Shown piece by piece: positions 1 through 15,100 of a stretch of DNA of 64,000 nt. Under the pieces are notes generated by a model that was not told the origin of the DNA, made no database searches, and was given only the letters and a program-made list of their open reading frames with translations. The stretch lies in assembly GCA_016182495.1 (NCBI GenBank), contig JACPGK010000008.1, forward strand, positions 2,870 through 66,869, written 5' to 3'. Position 1 is the stretch's first letter, and each line of letters opens with the position of its first letter. A program made the position numbers and the translations under genes. The stretch is from Candidatus Kerfeldbacteria bacterium (GTDB lineage: Bacteria > Patescibacteriota > Patescibacteriia > UBA9570).

Positions 1-31
1 AAGCAAGATGGCTAAGTCAGAATATAGAATC

Positions 32-676
32 TCAATCTATTGAATTGTAAATTGATTTAATTATTTGTTTTTTTTGTTCATTAACATTTTTGAAAAAGAA
101 TTGGCAAGTGTCCTCAAAGAAATTATCATACTCATTATTCTTAATATTACTTCTTTTTACAAAAATCAAACCGATATTAGTCACACCTGAATTTTCCTTT
201 GCATCAGCTGTGCTTAATTTGAGACTATATTTTTTACCATCCTTTTGAAATGTTCTAGAATCATCTTTCCAATTTTCCCAAATTTCATAACCTGTTTCTA
301 CTTGTGGACAACGCATCTCTCCATATTCAATTTCATTCTCATAAAATGTGAGAACTATATATTCATGATCATTTCCCAATTTTTCAGATGATTCTGTTAA
401 TTTTAAATTGTTAGGATACCTAAAACTAAACCCATACTCCTCATTGGTATAGATGAGCCAGTCTGCTTCGCCCTCTGGACTTCGCAGAACTCCATCACTC
501 GTATCGACCTCACTCCCCTGCTCGGTATTCGTATTATCATTGGTATTCTCTACCACAACTGCATTAGCATTGCTGATGTTGTTCTCATTAGTGGTTGGTT
601 GTGTGCACCCGGCTCCGGCTAGTACTAAGAGGCTAGCGGTGAGAGTGGAGATAATCATGGTTTTAGATGGGTTCAT
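32..676 (-). CDS. Putative lipoprotein (PsbP-like CPR surface protein)
   Basis: Hydrophobic signal ending in LAGAG-C lipobox, Asn/Thr-rich linker, then WxxYTNEEYGFSFRYP motif typical of CPR PsbP-like surface proteins; C-terminal half is AT-rich. Confidence 0.7.
   Translation of the reverse strand: MNPSKTMIISTLTASLLVLAGAGCTQPTTNENNISNANAVVVENTNDNTNTEQGSEVDTSDGVLRSPEGEADWLIYTNEEYGFSFRYPNNLKLTESSEKLGNDHEYIVLTFYENEIEYGEMRCPQVETGYEIWENWKDDSRTFQKDGKKYSLKLSTADAKENSGVTNIGLIFVKRSNIKNNEYDNFFEDTCQFFFKNVNEQKKQIIKSIYNSID
461..493. repeat. 33-bp palindromic (REP-like) element inside the lipoprotein CDS
   Basis: tctgc(462-466)...gcaga(484-488) arms flanking two cttcg motifs and cc-ctct-gg; encodes GVLRSPEGEAD between DTSD and W. 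Confidence 0.5.
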
Positions 677-720
677 AGTGAGCTTGCTGTAGTATTCATT
701 AGATGGGTTTAATAAAATAA

Positions 721-772
721 CGTCCTAACCAGTACTCCACCGATGTTGAATCGCTGTGGGTAAAGGTGGACG
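721..772 (-). promoter_or_regulatory. Bulged hairpin in the putative 5' leader of the lipoprotein gene
   Basis: Minus strand reads cgtcc-acc-tt-tac-ccac-ag-cgat-(tcaac)-atcg-gtgg-a-gta-ct-ggt-ta-ggacg, five nested complementary blocks. Confidence 0.5.
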
Positions 773-799
773 CCTTTGGAAATGATAAATTGTATTGGC

Positions 800-828
800 A
801 GTCTAGCATGTACACGATGAAGTGTACA
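800..828 (-). promoter_or_regulatory. Putative extended -10 promoter with overlapping palindromic operator
   Basis: Minus strand TG-c-TAGACT (-10 at 800-805), 17 bp to TGTACA (823-828); perfect inverted repeat TGTACAC-N6-GTGTACA at 809-828. Confidence 0.45.
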
Positions 829-852
829 GTGGATAAATGGGAGTGCTTTCGC

Positions 853-907
853 CTCCCTCGTGATCCCGATTCATCCGTTGTAGATTGAATCCGGATCGCC
901 GAGGGAG
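853..907. repeat. Long imperfect GC-rich stem-loop (REP-like element or terminator of the FN3 protein gene)
   Basis: ctccctcg(853-860)/cgagggag(900-907), tgatcc/ggatcg, gattca/tgaatc nested arms; lies about 35 bp past the stop of 942..2804. Confidence 0.55.
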
Positions 908-941
908 AACCAGAGCATAAAGAGAATTAGTCCACCAAAGT

Positions 942-2804
942 TTATCCAGCCGTTTGAAACGGAATCTTTTTCGAATAGGCTCCGCCCAAATAGTTGCCAA
1001 CCGCGCGTACCTGCACTTTGTAGTGTTTACCGGATTTTAAGCCTTTTACTTTAGTATTGGTTTTAGTAGTGGTGACGGTTTTGGTTACCGTACTACCACG
1101 CTTCACTTGTACAACATAATGATCACTGCCGGTCACTGCATTCCAGCGCACCTTGGCCGTTTTGGCAGTAACATTGGATACTGTAACGCCCTTCACCTTG
1201 TTGGGAGCGGTTAACATTGAGCCAGAAGGCAAATAGGCTGTGGTGCCGTTATCTTGGACTGAAACTCCACCAATCAATTCAGCTTTTTGGCCATCAGGAT
1301 TAATGACATCAACATTCTGAAAACCACCAGCAGCGCCAGCTAATAAGGTGCCAGTAATCGTTGTTTCAGTAACAGCAACATCCGTTAATGGTACACCACC
1401 AATAACAGCCATAGCTCCGTCAACAAACCCTGTTCCAGTAATAGTAATAGCGGTATCCGCTGTATCATCAACTGCTTCCGGAGATACCATAGCGATATCA
1501 GGCGGTGTATCTGTACTAATGGTAATAGCGTTAGCTAGAGTAGTTTTTTTACCACTTGGAGTAGTAACCCGTAAACCATATTCACCGTCAGTTAAACTAT
1601 AGGGCACGCTAATCTGAATTTCGGTACTACTTACCACAATAGTGGCATCAGCATCAATTACTGTTTGTACGGCGGTACTGCTTGATCCGGGAATAAATTG
1701 GGCAGTTGAGTTGGAGACAAAATCTGATCCGTACACATACACTAATCCACCAGGGTAAGCAATGGCTTGACCCGGCCCACCATAAAAACTAGCCGTGCCG
1801 GTGACCGGTAACGCATCGGGACAAGTTTGGCCTTCTGGTAAGGTAACCCACAGCACAAAATAGCCAGCATTCAAAAATATACCGCTGTTAATGCCCGCCA
1901 CACCCGAGGCAACGTAATCGTTCGAGCCAAATGGTGTGATGTACCAATCACCAGCACTGGTCACTTGCACCTGTTGTGATCGATATAAATACAGTTGCGC
2001 TGGGGTAGCAATTTCTCCACCACTATCCCCACCACAGCTAGCACTGGCTTGTGCGGTTTGTGAATCAAACGACGGTTTCACCGTGATATCATTAGTAACC
2101 CGAACATCATCAATGAGCCAACCTCGGAAACCATTGTATTTTTGGTCAACGGTTTCAAAATAAAATTTCAGTTGAATAGTGTTGCCAACATAGTCTGATA
2201 AATCGGCTTGGGTATGAATCCACTGGCCCACTTGGCCTAAACCACCCGAACTAAATGGCTTCCAGGATTCACCATCTACATCATTTAATGGATTCAAATT
2301 AACCACTGCACTCCAAGTTGCACCACCATCTGTGGTGATGTACACCGACATTAAATCGTATTGATCAACATCAACGCCTTCAATTTCCCACCAATTCCAA
2401 AATGTGAGCGTGGCATTTTCAGAAGTTGTTAAATCAATCGCTGGACTAATTAACTCACCATCGTTGGCTAAATTTGACCAACCGCCATTTTTGGCATCTT
2501 GATCAGCTAAAGTCCAATCCCCTAAAAAGGTTCCATCACTGGCGCTACCATACCACCACACACCCTCACCTGAATAGGCATTAGGTAAAAAACCAAAATC
2601 TGGTAACGATACTAGGGCTGGATTGATATCATCAGCAATGGAAATATTTTCCGGATTGGTTTGTTGATGCCACAAACCAGTGGCTGTCCACGAACCATCA
2701 TCGATTTCCATTTCATCAAAAAATAATGTACCAGCTTGGGCTGGTTGCTTAAACGCCAATACAGCTAAGCCTATAACCAGGCCCAGCCAAACTTGTTTTT
2801 TCAT
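942..2804 (-). CDS. Secreted surface protein: MAM/immune-inhibitor-A-like beta-sandwich, two IPT/TIG domains, C-terminal fibronectin type III domain
   Basis: Signal peptide (AQA); LISPAIDL..LTFWNW..TTDGGATW..GWLIDDV sandwich motifs; ITITGTGFVDGA IPT motif; APNKVKGVTVS..W..Y..LKSGKHYKVQVRA FN3 motif; SD-like GGAGTG upstream. Confidence 0.8.
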   Translation of the reverse strand: MKKQVWLGLVIGLAVLAFKQPAQAGTLFFDEMEIDDGSWTATGLWHQQTNPENISIADDINPALVSLPDFGFLPNAYSGEGVWWYGSASDGTFLGDWTLADQDAKNGGWSNLANDGELISPAIDLTTSENATLTFWNWWEIEGVDVDQYDLMSVYITTDGGATWSAVVNLNPLNDVDGESWKPFSSGGLGQVGQWIHTQADLSDYVGNTIQLKFYFETVDQKYNGFRGWLIDDVRVTNDITVKPSFDSQTAQASASCGGDSGGEIATPAQLYLYRSQQVQVTSAGDWYITPFGSNDYVASGVAGINSGIFLNAGYFVLWVTLPEGQTCPDALPVTGTASFYGGPGQAIAYPGGLVYVYGSDFVSNSTAQFIPGSSSTAVQTVIDADATIVVSSTEIQISVPYSLTDGEYGLRVTTPSGKKTTLANAITISTDTPPDIAMVSPEAVDDTADTAITITGTGFVDGAMAVIGGVPLTDVAVTETTITGTLLAGAAGGFQNVDVINPDGQKAELIGGVSVQDNGTTAYLPSGSMLTAPNKVKGVTVSNVTAKTAKVRWNAVTGSDHYVVQVKRGSTVTKTVTTTKTNTKVKGLKSGKHYKVQVRAVGNYLGGAYSKKIPFQTAG

Positions 2805-2866
2805 AATTCACTCCAATTTAAGAATAAACTTTTATTAACAGTAAGTATAGAACAACAGCTGGCATT

Positions 2867-3417
2867 CTACCAGGGAGTAGCTTTAAAATGCCAACGATAG
2901 CCTAGTCGATTAACCACCACATGCAAAATAATCCCTAAACTTAGCACAATCAGCCAAGTAAGAGCATTCACCGGATAAAACCAATGAATCAGCAAAGTTG
3001 GGCCAATTAAATAATCCACTTGATCGAATGGAAACCACAACGCTCCGGGAGCAATTCGAAAACGTCGCTTAAAAAAACTTTTTATCAGATCGCTCAATAG
3101 AGCGGCGGCTCCAAAAGCAAATCCAAACCACCACGGAAATAAACGATAATCATACACCCCTAACTCTAAAAACTTTGGAAAAATGATGGCTAACAATTTT
3201 TGAATGCTAAACAAAGCCCCACCAAACAAAGTGCCAACCAATAATCCACGCCAAGTTTTATTGCTGCCAAAAATCGGCTGGCCAAACAATTGGTGCCCAC
3301 CATCAATTGGTTGAGCTAACCACTGCCAATGTTTGGCAATTAACACTGGCGACATATTGGCTAATCCAGCTGGCAGAAAAAACCATACTAGTCGCCCAAT
3401 CCATTCAAATACTTCCA

Positions 3418-3418
<1 letters not shown>
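2867..3418 (-). CDS. carS: CDP-archaeol synthase (CarS/DUF46) family membrane cytidylyltransferase
   Basis: LPAGLANMSP, PIDGG..IFGSNKTWRG, SDLIKSFFKRR..PG..FDQVD motifs; multi-TM. Confidence 0.85.
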
Positions 3419-7696
<4,278 letters not shown>

Positions 7697-7702
7697 AGCT
7701 GT

Positions 7703-8734
7703 TTAAAATTGATCAATAAACCTAAAATCTCCGCCCATAAATAATCGAATATCATCAATGTTATACTTCAACATCGCCAAACGCATTAAACCCATACCAA
7801 AGGCAAAGCCAGTATACTTGCCTGGTTCATACCCGGCCGAAGCGAACACTGTAGGATGAATCAAACCGCAGCCGAGCATTTCTACCCAGCCAGTGTATTT
7901 ACAAACAGCACAACCTTGGCCAGCACAGTGTGTACAAGAACAATCGGCTTCAAAGCCTGGCTCAACATACGGAAAATACCCCGGCCGTAATCGCACCTGC
8001 ACATCGCTTTGTAACACTCGCGACATGGCCGTTTTCAAAAAATAGGTTAAGTTACCCAGTGAAATATTCTCATCCACCACAAAACCTTCCATTTGGTAAA
8101 AAGTATGTTCATGCGAGGCATCAATCGCTTCATTACGAAACGCCCGACCCGGTACCACCGCGCGTAGTGGCGGAGTGTATTGCTGCATCAAACGAACTTG
8201 CATGTTAGAAGTATGAGTACGCAATACTCGCTTTACACCCTGATCGTCACCGCTCACATAAAAGGTATCTTGCAAATCTCTGGCGGGATGATGCGGCGGG
8301 ATGTTTAAATATTCAAAACAGTACAACTCGTTTTCTAATTCGTTGCCTTCCATCACCATGAACCCCATGGCATAAAAAATATCAACTAATTCTTCTTGTA
8401 ATTGACGTAACGGGTGTACATGTCCCACCGTTGGCCAAATGCCAGGCAACGTGACATCTGGCACTAGGGTAGTGCTGGCATGGTGATGCTGATTTTGCCA
8501 GGCACTGAACAGTTGTTGCAGCTCTTGTTTGGCATTATTAGCCAAAGCTCCCAGTTGACGCTTATGTTCAACATTATCAAGATGTTGGATTGATCGTAAT
8601 ATTTTCACCAATTCACCCTGTTTGCGACCAAAATAATGATCACGCAATTGCTCAAACTGTTCAACAGTTTCTGTACTTGCCAGCGCTGTACGACCATGAT
8701 TGATTAAGGCTTGAATTTGGTCAGCAGTGATCAT
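7703..8734 (-). CDS. pheS: Phenylalanine--tRNA ligase alpha subunit
   Basis: HPARDLQDTFY, LRTHTS, DASHEHTFYQMEG, GFAFGMG; start moved to ATG at 8734, which overlaps the upstream stop (ATGA). Confidence 0.95.
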   Translation of the reverse strand: MITADQIQALINHGRTALASTETVEQFEQLRDHYFGRKQGELVKILRSIQHLDNVEHKRQLGALANNAKQELQQLFSAWQNQHHHASTTLVPDVTLPGIWPTVGHVHPLRQLQEELVDIFYAMGFMVMEGNELENELYCFEYLNIPPHHPARDLQDTFYVSGDDQGVKRVLRTHTSNMQVRLMQQYTPPLRAVVPGRAFRNEAIDASHEHTFYQMEGFVVDENISLGNLTYFLKTAMSRVLQSDVQVRLRPGYFPYVEPGFEADCSCTHCAGQGCAVCKYTGWVEMLGCGLIHPTVFASAGYEPGKYTGFAFGMGLMRLAMLKYNIDDIRLFMGGDFRFIDQF

Positions 8735-9120
8735 GCTGCCTGTTTTGTTAAATACAAGGCTTCCACCGCCACCAAGCCTAACACTAATACCATGGCCGAC
8801 CACCAAGTAAACAGCTGGTTCGCCAATAAGGCTAACGACACTACTACGCTTACGGTGAACCAAACCGCTTGACGAATGGCTGGCGTAATATATTGAAAAG
8901 CCATACTACTGTGTTGTCGCAGACGGGCTAATACTAAACGTACTCCTAGGCCAAGCAAAGTAAAGCTGCTTACCAGGGCAATCATTAAGGCTAGGTAAAA
9001 TACGGCCAGACCGATTGCGCCACTAGTTTGTGGATTGATGTACAATACAACTGTCAGCCAAGCTAGCCAACTCATGGTACTGACAATACCTAACACAGCC
9101 AAAAAATGACTGAATTTCAT
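8731..9120 (-). CDS. Hypothetical 4-TM membrane protein
   Basis: Four hydrophobic segments; -10 box just upstream; stop coupled to pheS start. Confidence 0.75.
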   Translation of the reverse strand: MKFSHFLAVLGIVSTMSWLAWLTVVLYINPQTSGAIGLAVFYLALMIALVSSFTLLGLGVRLVLARLRQHSSMAFQYITPAIRQAVWFTVSVVVSLALLANQLFTWWSAMVLVLGLVAVEALYLTKQAA

Positions 9121-9171
9121 GCAGCTAGTGTAGCAGATTTATCTGAACCTGGGAACTCATTATTTGCTTTG

Positions 9172-12100
9172 TTAACCCTTTGCTATTTGTTCTACCCGAA
9201 TATTAACGTAGCGTAATTGTTTTCCAGAAATTTTATAGTTAGCATCTTCTATCTGCGGTGTAATTACTTCTCCTGCTAATACCCCATAACTGGTGAGCGA
9301 TACCTCTACTCGGCTGCCAGGAGCTGGTAATGGGCCAGCCATTTTAACAATTTCAACATCACCGTCGCGATCTAACCGATAGCGCACGCCATGAACATCG
9401 TAGCGACCATTACCGGCACTAATTAAGGCTTTCATTTGGCTAACAAAGTTATCATAACCGCGTAGCCATAACGAACGTTCAGCTGCCACCCCGGTTAATG
9501 TTTCTACCCCAACCGTTTCAGCTGCCGTACCAGGTTCAGCCTCTTCTGCCCCAGTTCGTGTAACTGCTTCATCACCGCCACCGCCAGTGCCACGTGTTCC
9601 ATCAAATACACCTTCATCAATTAGTACTCGTTCGCCAGATGTAGAGACTGCTACTCCATCAGCATCACTGCCAGTTGATGTAGCCTCTAACGGCCTGGCG
9701 GCAATGGCGGCATCAAATTGAGCTCCAGCCTGCTGTGATAATGCCGCTCTACTGCTTGCATCAAGTGTCCAGGGATTGTTAGTTATTTGAGCAGCAATGT
9801 ACGCTGCACGATTTACACCATCTACCAATAGTTCGCCGGTAATTGGCCTAGTGGGTGATGCGGCAGCTGTTTCAACCACAGTTGATTGCACGGGCCGTAA
9901 TGGCACCTGTTCAAAGGCTTTATCAAACGCTTCGCCATTATTTAGGAGTTGATGAGTTTGAGCATCGTAAATGAGCAATGTTGGATCATCAGCCGTACCG
10001 CCAACAATAATAGTATATTTATCCGGTTGCATTACCCACACCTGTTTATGAGTAGCCGGGTCGATAATATGAACCTGTTTACCATCAACCGTGATGGTGG
10101 TTTTGGTCAGTATTTCTAACACTTTCTGCTCGATATTTTTACCGCCATTAGTCCAATCCGGTTTAGCCCGTAGTTGATCGCGCACTACGTGCCAAAAACC
10201 TTCTCTGCGGTGCACGGTATAATCTTGCCATTGCTCGTTAGACGGTACGACCGCTGAAGCAACTGGTGGCGCTACTGATTCTGCTGGTGGCGTGACCGGT
10301 GCGGTGACTGGGGTTACGGTTTCAGCTACCGCTGCTGGCACAGTACGAACAGCCACCGGTGCAGCTGTGGCAGCGGCTGGTTCTGCTGGCGGTGTCGTAG
10401 AAGCAGGGGCAACTGGTGGCGCAACAGTCTCGGCCACCGGTGTAACACTGGCTGGCGTAGCTGCCGCTACTGCCGGCGCTTCGGTAGTACTGCTAGCGGT
10501 TGGTGGGGTAGACGGTTGTTCTACAGGGGCGGCAGGCGCTGGCGTTGTTGGGGCTGGAGCAGCCGGTTCGGGGGAAAACCAAAATTTTCCAGCTGTACTT
10601 AACCAATCTTTCACGTGTTCACCCACCAAATCCATCACATCTGGGCCAACTATGGCGCCGACTGCTCCTCCGAGTATTTGAGACCACCGAATAACAGCAC
10701 GATCAGTTCTTTGTAGGTGACCGAATCTTTTTACAGCCTTTGCTAAATCATCATTCAGTTGATTCATTACAGCCACGCCTGCATCGCTAGCCAAACTAGC
10801 CTGGCTGATTTGTTCAACCAGCAAGCGATCAACCTGTTCACGCAAGGCAGCATATTCTTTGGGATGATCAGCTTGCCACATAGCATCAGCCAATTGAGCC
10901 CGAGCTCGAGTAAGATATCTACGACCGGTATCAGTGTCTGTAATGGATTTTAATTGATCAATTGAAACATATCGTCGGCGTTGCTCACCTGCCAGCATAG
11001 CTTTAGCCGCCACCTCGCCTAATTTCATGGTACCGATACCTAGCACAACTTCCCGCAGTATTGGAACTGATCGGCCAATATAGCCAGCCACGGTAAACGC
11101 AGCCGCGGTAGTAACTTGTTCATTTAACCGTTGGCCACCACGAAATAAAGATGCTTGAGTGACTTTATCAAAAAGTTTAGTAACGATACCGCCGTTTTGA
11201 CGGATGGTTTGTTCTTTAAGCGTCGCATCGTTTTGTTTAACGGTATATAAAGCCGCCACGCCAGCCGCTCGCGCTGCACGGCTAGCCTGTAAATCAGCAG
11301 CCATCTCAGCAGATACTCTATCACTATTCCCTAGCTGCCTAATTTGTTCATCGATCGTTTCATTAGTAAGGCGCTGGTGCCAAGCTGCCCCGTCGGCAAT
11401 AGCTTGTTGTAACGCGGCTTGCTGTTCTGGTGTATTACGTTTCAGTAGTTCATCTCGACACTCAACAATTCTTAGCTCTAAACGGTCATTTTCACTAGCT
11501 AAACGATCAATCTCGTGCTGTTTAGCCACGGCCAGTTCAACAGAGAGATTTTCCAGTATATCGCGCAAATTGATACCAACATCATCACTCTGTTTTACTA
11601 TAGCATTCATTAATTTCTGCTGGCGTTGATCAATGGCGCGATCGGCCTGATACAACCAGCCAGCCCGGGCGCCAATTACCGCCGCTACACCTAGTACCGG
11701 GTTAGCCGTTAACGCCGTGGTGCCGGCACCAACCCCAATAATAGTGCCGATTTTGCCTAAAAATTTTCCTAATTTTATGATCTTGCTATCTTTGGCCCGC
11801 TCTTGAGCAGTAGCTATTTCTCGAATAGCCTGGCGTTGTTTTAATAAGGCCGCAGTGACTACGGTACGATCTTCTAGCCCCAAACGAGCTAATAAATCAA
11901 CCACAACGGTACTGGTTGATAAACGATCCGGGGTAGTGAGAGTTAATTGAACTAAATCGGTCAGTAGCCGAGTGATTGTTCCATCATTGGCAATTTCAAG
12001 GCTGCTGGCATATTTTATTTTGGATAATTTTTCATTAATTATGCCACTAGTGCCATAGGATTGTCTCACTTTTTGCTCATTCAACATTCGGCGCACCAAT

Positions 12101-15100
12101 TCAGGTGGCACGGTAGCTACACCTATCGTAGGAGGTTTGAATGATGGTGCCGGCGGCGTTGGCGCTGGAGAGACTGATTCTGGTGGCGTTGGCGCTGGAA
12201 GTGTTGGAGTTGGCTCTGAAGCGGCGGTATTTGGAGTAGCGGAGCCGACCTGGTGACGTTGAGTCCAAAGTTCTTCGATTTTTACACGAATAGCTTCAGG
12301 TTGAGAGCCATCAGGTAAACTAATACGAGCATCGTTCCATAAACTTATGCCTGCGGGTGTAGTGCGATCTGGTACAAGTGGTATCGCGGCGGTGGCAGGC
12401 ACAGTTGGTTCTGTAGCAACAGGTGCGGCTGACATTGCTACTTCAGCAGCATCTAAGGCTGGACTTGTAGGTACTGCTAGTATTGCCTGGTCGGTATCGC
12501 TACTACCTAAGTTTTCATCGAGCATGGTTTGTAATGGCGCGACTTCCGTTGCTTTTGATGCATGATCCGTCATTTGATAGATCTTTGCTAAACTAGCAGC
12601 TAACTTGGCTACTTTAGTTGAGTCAATTTGGCCAGGATTTTTGCCTTTACGCCGTTCAGTGACTAACACATTTAAAGCGGCTAGTTTTTGTGTATTAGGT
12701 AATTTGGCATTAATTCGTTCTATCGTATCAAGATACCTTTCCAATATTGTCGCTACCGCAGCCTGATCGCCAGAAAAAGCAGCACCTAATGCTTTGGTTA
12801 AGGCGGTGATCAATTCAACCGCCCGAACTTCTTTACCGCCAGCCTCTCTAAAATAGGTTTTCATGCCTTCAAGTACTGCTCCACGGCGTTTCTTTAAAGC
12901 AGTATCAACCTTTGTTTCTTCAGCATCAGCTACGGCTGCTGCAGTTAAAGTTGCCTCTGTATCATCGCCAGAGCTAGCTGCCGGAGTTGCTACGGATTCA
13001 TCGGCCGCTGATATAATACCAAATTGAGGAGCTGTCTCGGCAGCAGCGACGGGTTCGGGAGCCATCTTTTGTTTAGCTTCGGCAACTACTGCCGGTAAAT
13101 CTGCTACTGTAGCTGTGCCACCAAATACTCGCTCGTTATTAATAAAAGCAACCACTGTTATAGTGCCATCTGTGTGCGAGGTGTCGCTGACTGATAAACG
13201 TAATACATTGTTGTCACCTTGGTAGTGAAAATCAACTTGGTGTCGCTGGCCGCCAGTATCATCTATTCGGCCAAACGTATCAGGCGTAACTTTTACAATT
13301 GGAGACAATGTATCTAAATGCATACTAATCTCTCGATCATCATCTAGCACTACTGTTTCATCACTAGGCCGATATAATCGTATTCCAGGAATGTTGTAGT
13401 TACGCACTTCTGCATTAACCTCTGGAATGGACGGTTGCCGTTCAATTGGTGCACTTACCCGGCTGGTTGTTTCTTGTAAGTGTTTAACAATAATTACTTG
13501 CAGGGTAATATTATCGCCGCTGCCACTAGACCGACCCTGAATAGTTCTGGAATATAAATTAGCGATATCATTAACCCCCGGGCCTACTCGAACAATAAAA
13601 GGAGCTGTAGAATTATTCCGATCATAAGCTAATTTTATAACATCATTACGAATAGCTTCGACGTCACCAGGATGTTTAGCCACAATTAGCTCAATTTCAT
13701 ATTCACTCACCAAATCAGTAATAGCACCATCAGAACCAAGCAACATCACATCACCTACTGCGGCTTGAAACGAATCAAGCTCGTGTTCTGATGGACGATT
13801 CACATAATAACCACTCGTTCTTGATACTACATTATTGCCAACCCATCCATCTGACGTGTGAACTTTATGACTATAATATAATTTGGCAGCTTCGATGGGC
13901 GATAAATCATCCGCAGCCACTTTGGATTGCAAATCTTCAAACACGGCATTATGAGGCCGAGATGTGCCTGGACGATATACTGCACCACCACGAATAGTAA
14001 CCAACTTAGCATCACCAGCCCAACCATAATTAACTTGGCCGGTAGGCTGTAACTTTAAAAACACCGGGCAAGCATAGCCACCTGGTACAGTTTGTTTGAT
14101 AGTATCATGAACAGCCGTTAAGGCTTGATCAAGCGTACCATCATTCTGAAAAGCTTTCATGCTAGCATTTACACCTGCCAGAGCCGAAGCTCGGCCAGCA
14201 TCACTGCCGCCGGCGCCATCAATCACGCCGCTGAATACTGCACCATCCCGGCCAACTCCAGCAAACATAACATCTTCGTTGGTTTGATATTTTGAACCAG
14301 CTCCACCATTTTCGGTACTACCAGCCAAATGGACATAATCGGTTACAAATTTTAATTCCCCGAACTGTTTATCGGTAATAGCGCGGGCATCGCCTGGGTG
14401 AAATACTTCAAAACCAGTTGGCACTGGTTCTCCAGTTTCCACTGCTGGTGTTGGCTCGACGCCACTGGCAGGTATTGCTGCAGCTTCGGGTTCAGCCAGG
14501 CCTAGGGTAGTAGCATCCTCAATAACAGTTGCCCGAGCTACATAATCGGCTATCCAGCCAGCTGGCACCAAATTTTCCCAAAGTCGAACAACAGCTGGAT
14601 CAATTTCGTTATACTCGCCTCCAACTTTTTGACAAGCTTCACGCACTTTGCGTTTACATTGCTCTTGATCTTCAAGCTGAAGATTGTTTAAAAATCTCTG
14701 GAACGCTTGGCGTACTTCTTGAAAAGCTGGCAACCTAAAATAACTATATGGATGGTGTAAATCAGCTTGATAACCACGCTGATAATGTTCAATTTCCCGT
14801 TCAGTTAATTCTTCATGCGACGGTATTGGTATGTCAGACACATATTCACTAACGCCTAATGTCGCAAATTGACTAGTATGATCATAACCATCGGCTAATT
14901 GTTTATTAAATAGAGTACGAAAGCCGGTGCACAAATATGATTGCAATGCTGGTACAGTGGCAGCTTTAGTTTGAACATATTGTAGATAGTTACTGTTGGA
15001 CGACCAAGTAATATACGTCTCGCCAAAATAAAGGTTAGTTAAAAAATAGCGCCAGTCTTTTAAGCTCTCTGGCCGATTTTTTATATCAGCCAGTTCCATT

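Noticed and set aside
721-772. Hairpin as integron attC site
   Set aside because: GTTAGGA does not fit GTTRRRY with a complementary RYYYAAC at the other end; no integrase or cassette array
829-935. Hairpin as SRP RNA, 6S RNA, tRNA or hammerhead ribozyme
   Set aside because: No SRP domain IV motif, no cloverleaf or T-loop, no CUGAUGA/GAAA core recognised
8735-8863. N-terminal extensions in the ORF track for pheS (also murA, PEGA gene, 43448 gene, second flippase)
   Set aside because: Extensions overlap neighbouring genes; downstream ATGs match family N-termini, coupling or -10 spacing
10250-12240. Short direct repeats (ggcgttggcgctgga twice, gcaactggtggcgc twice) as CRISPR or DGR repeats
   Set aside because: They encode Pro/Ala/Thr low-complexity linkers of the giant protein; no regular spacers, cas genes or reverse transcriptase
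10292-12565. Plus-strand ORFs antisense to the giant gene (10292, 11204, 12347) and other 60-150 aa shadow ORFs across the window
   Set aside because: They lie opposite or inside well-supported genes, mirror their codon bias and show no recognisable motifs
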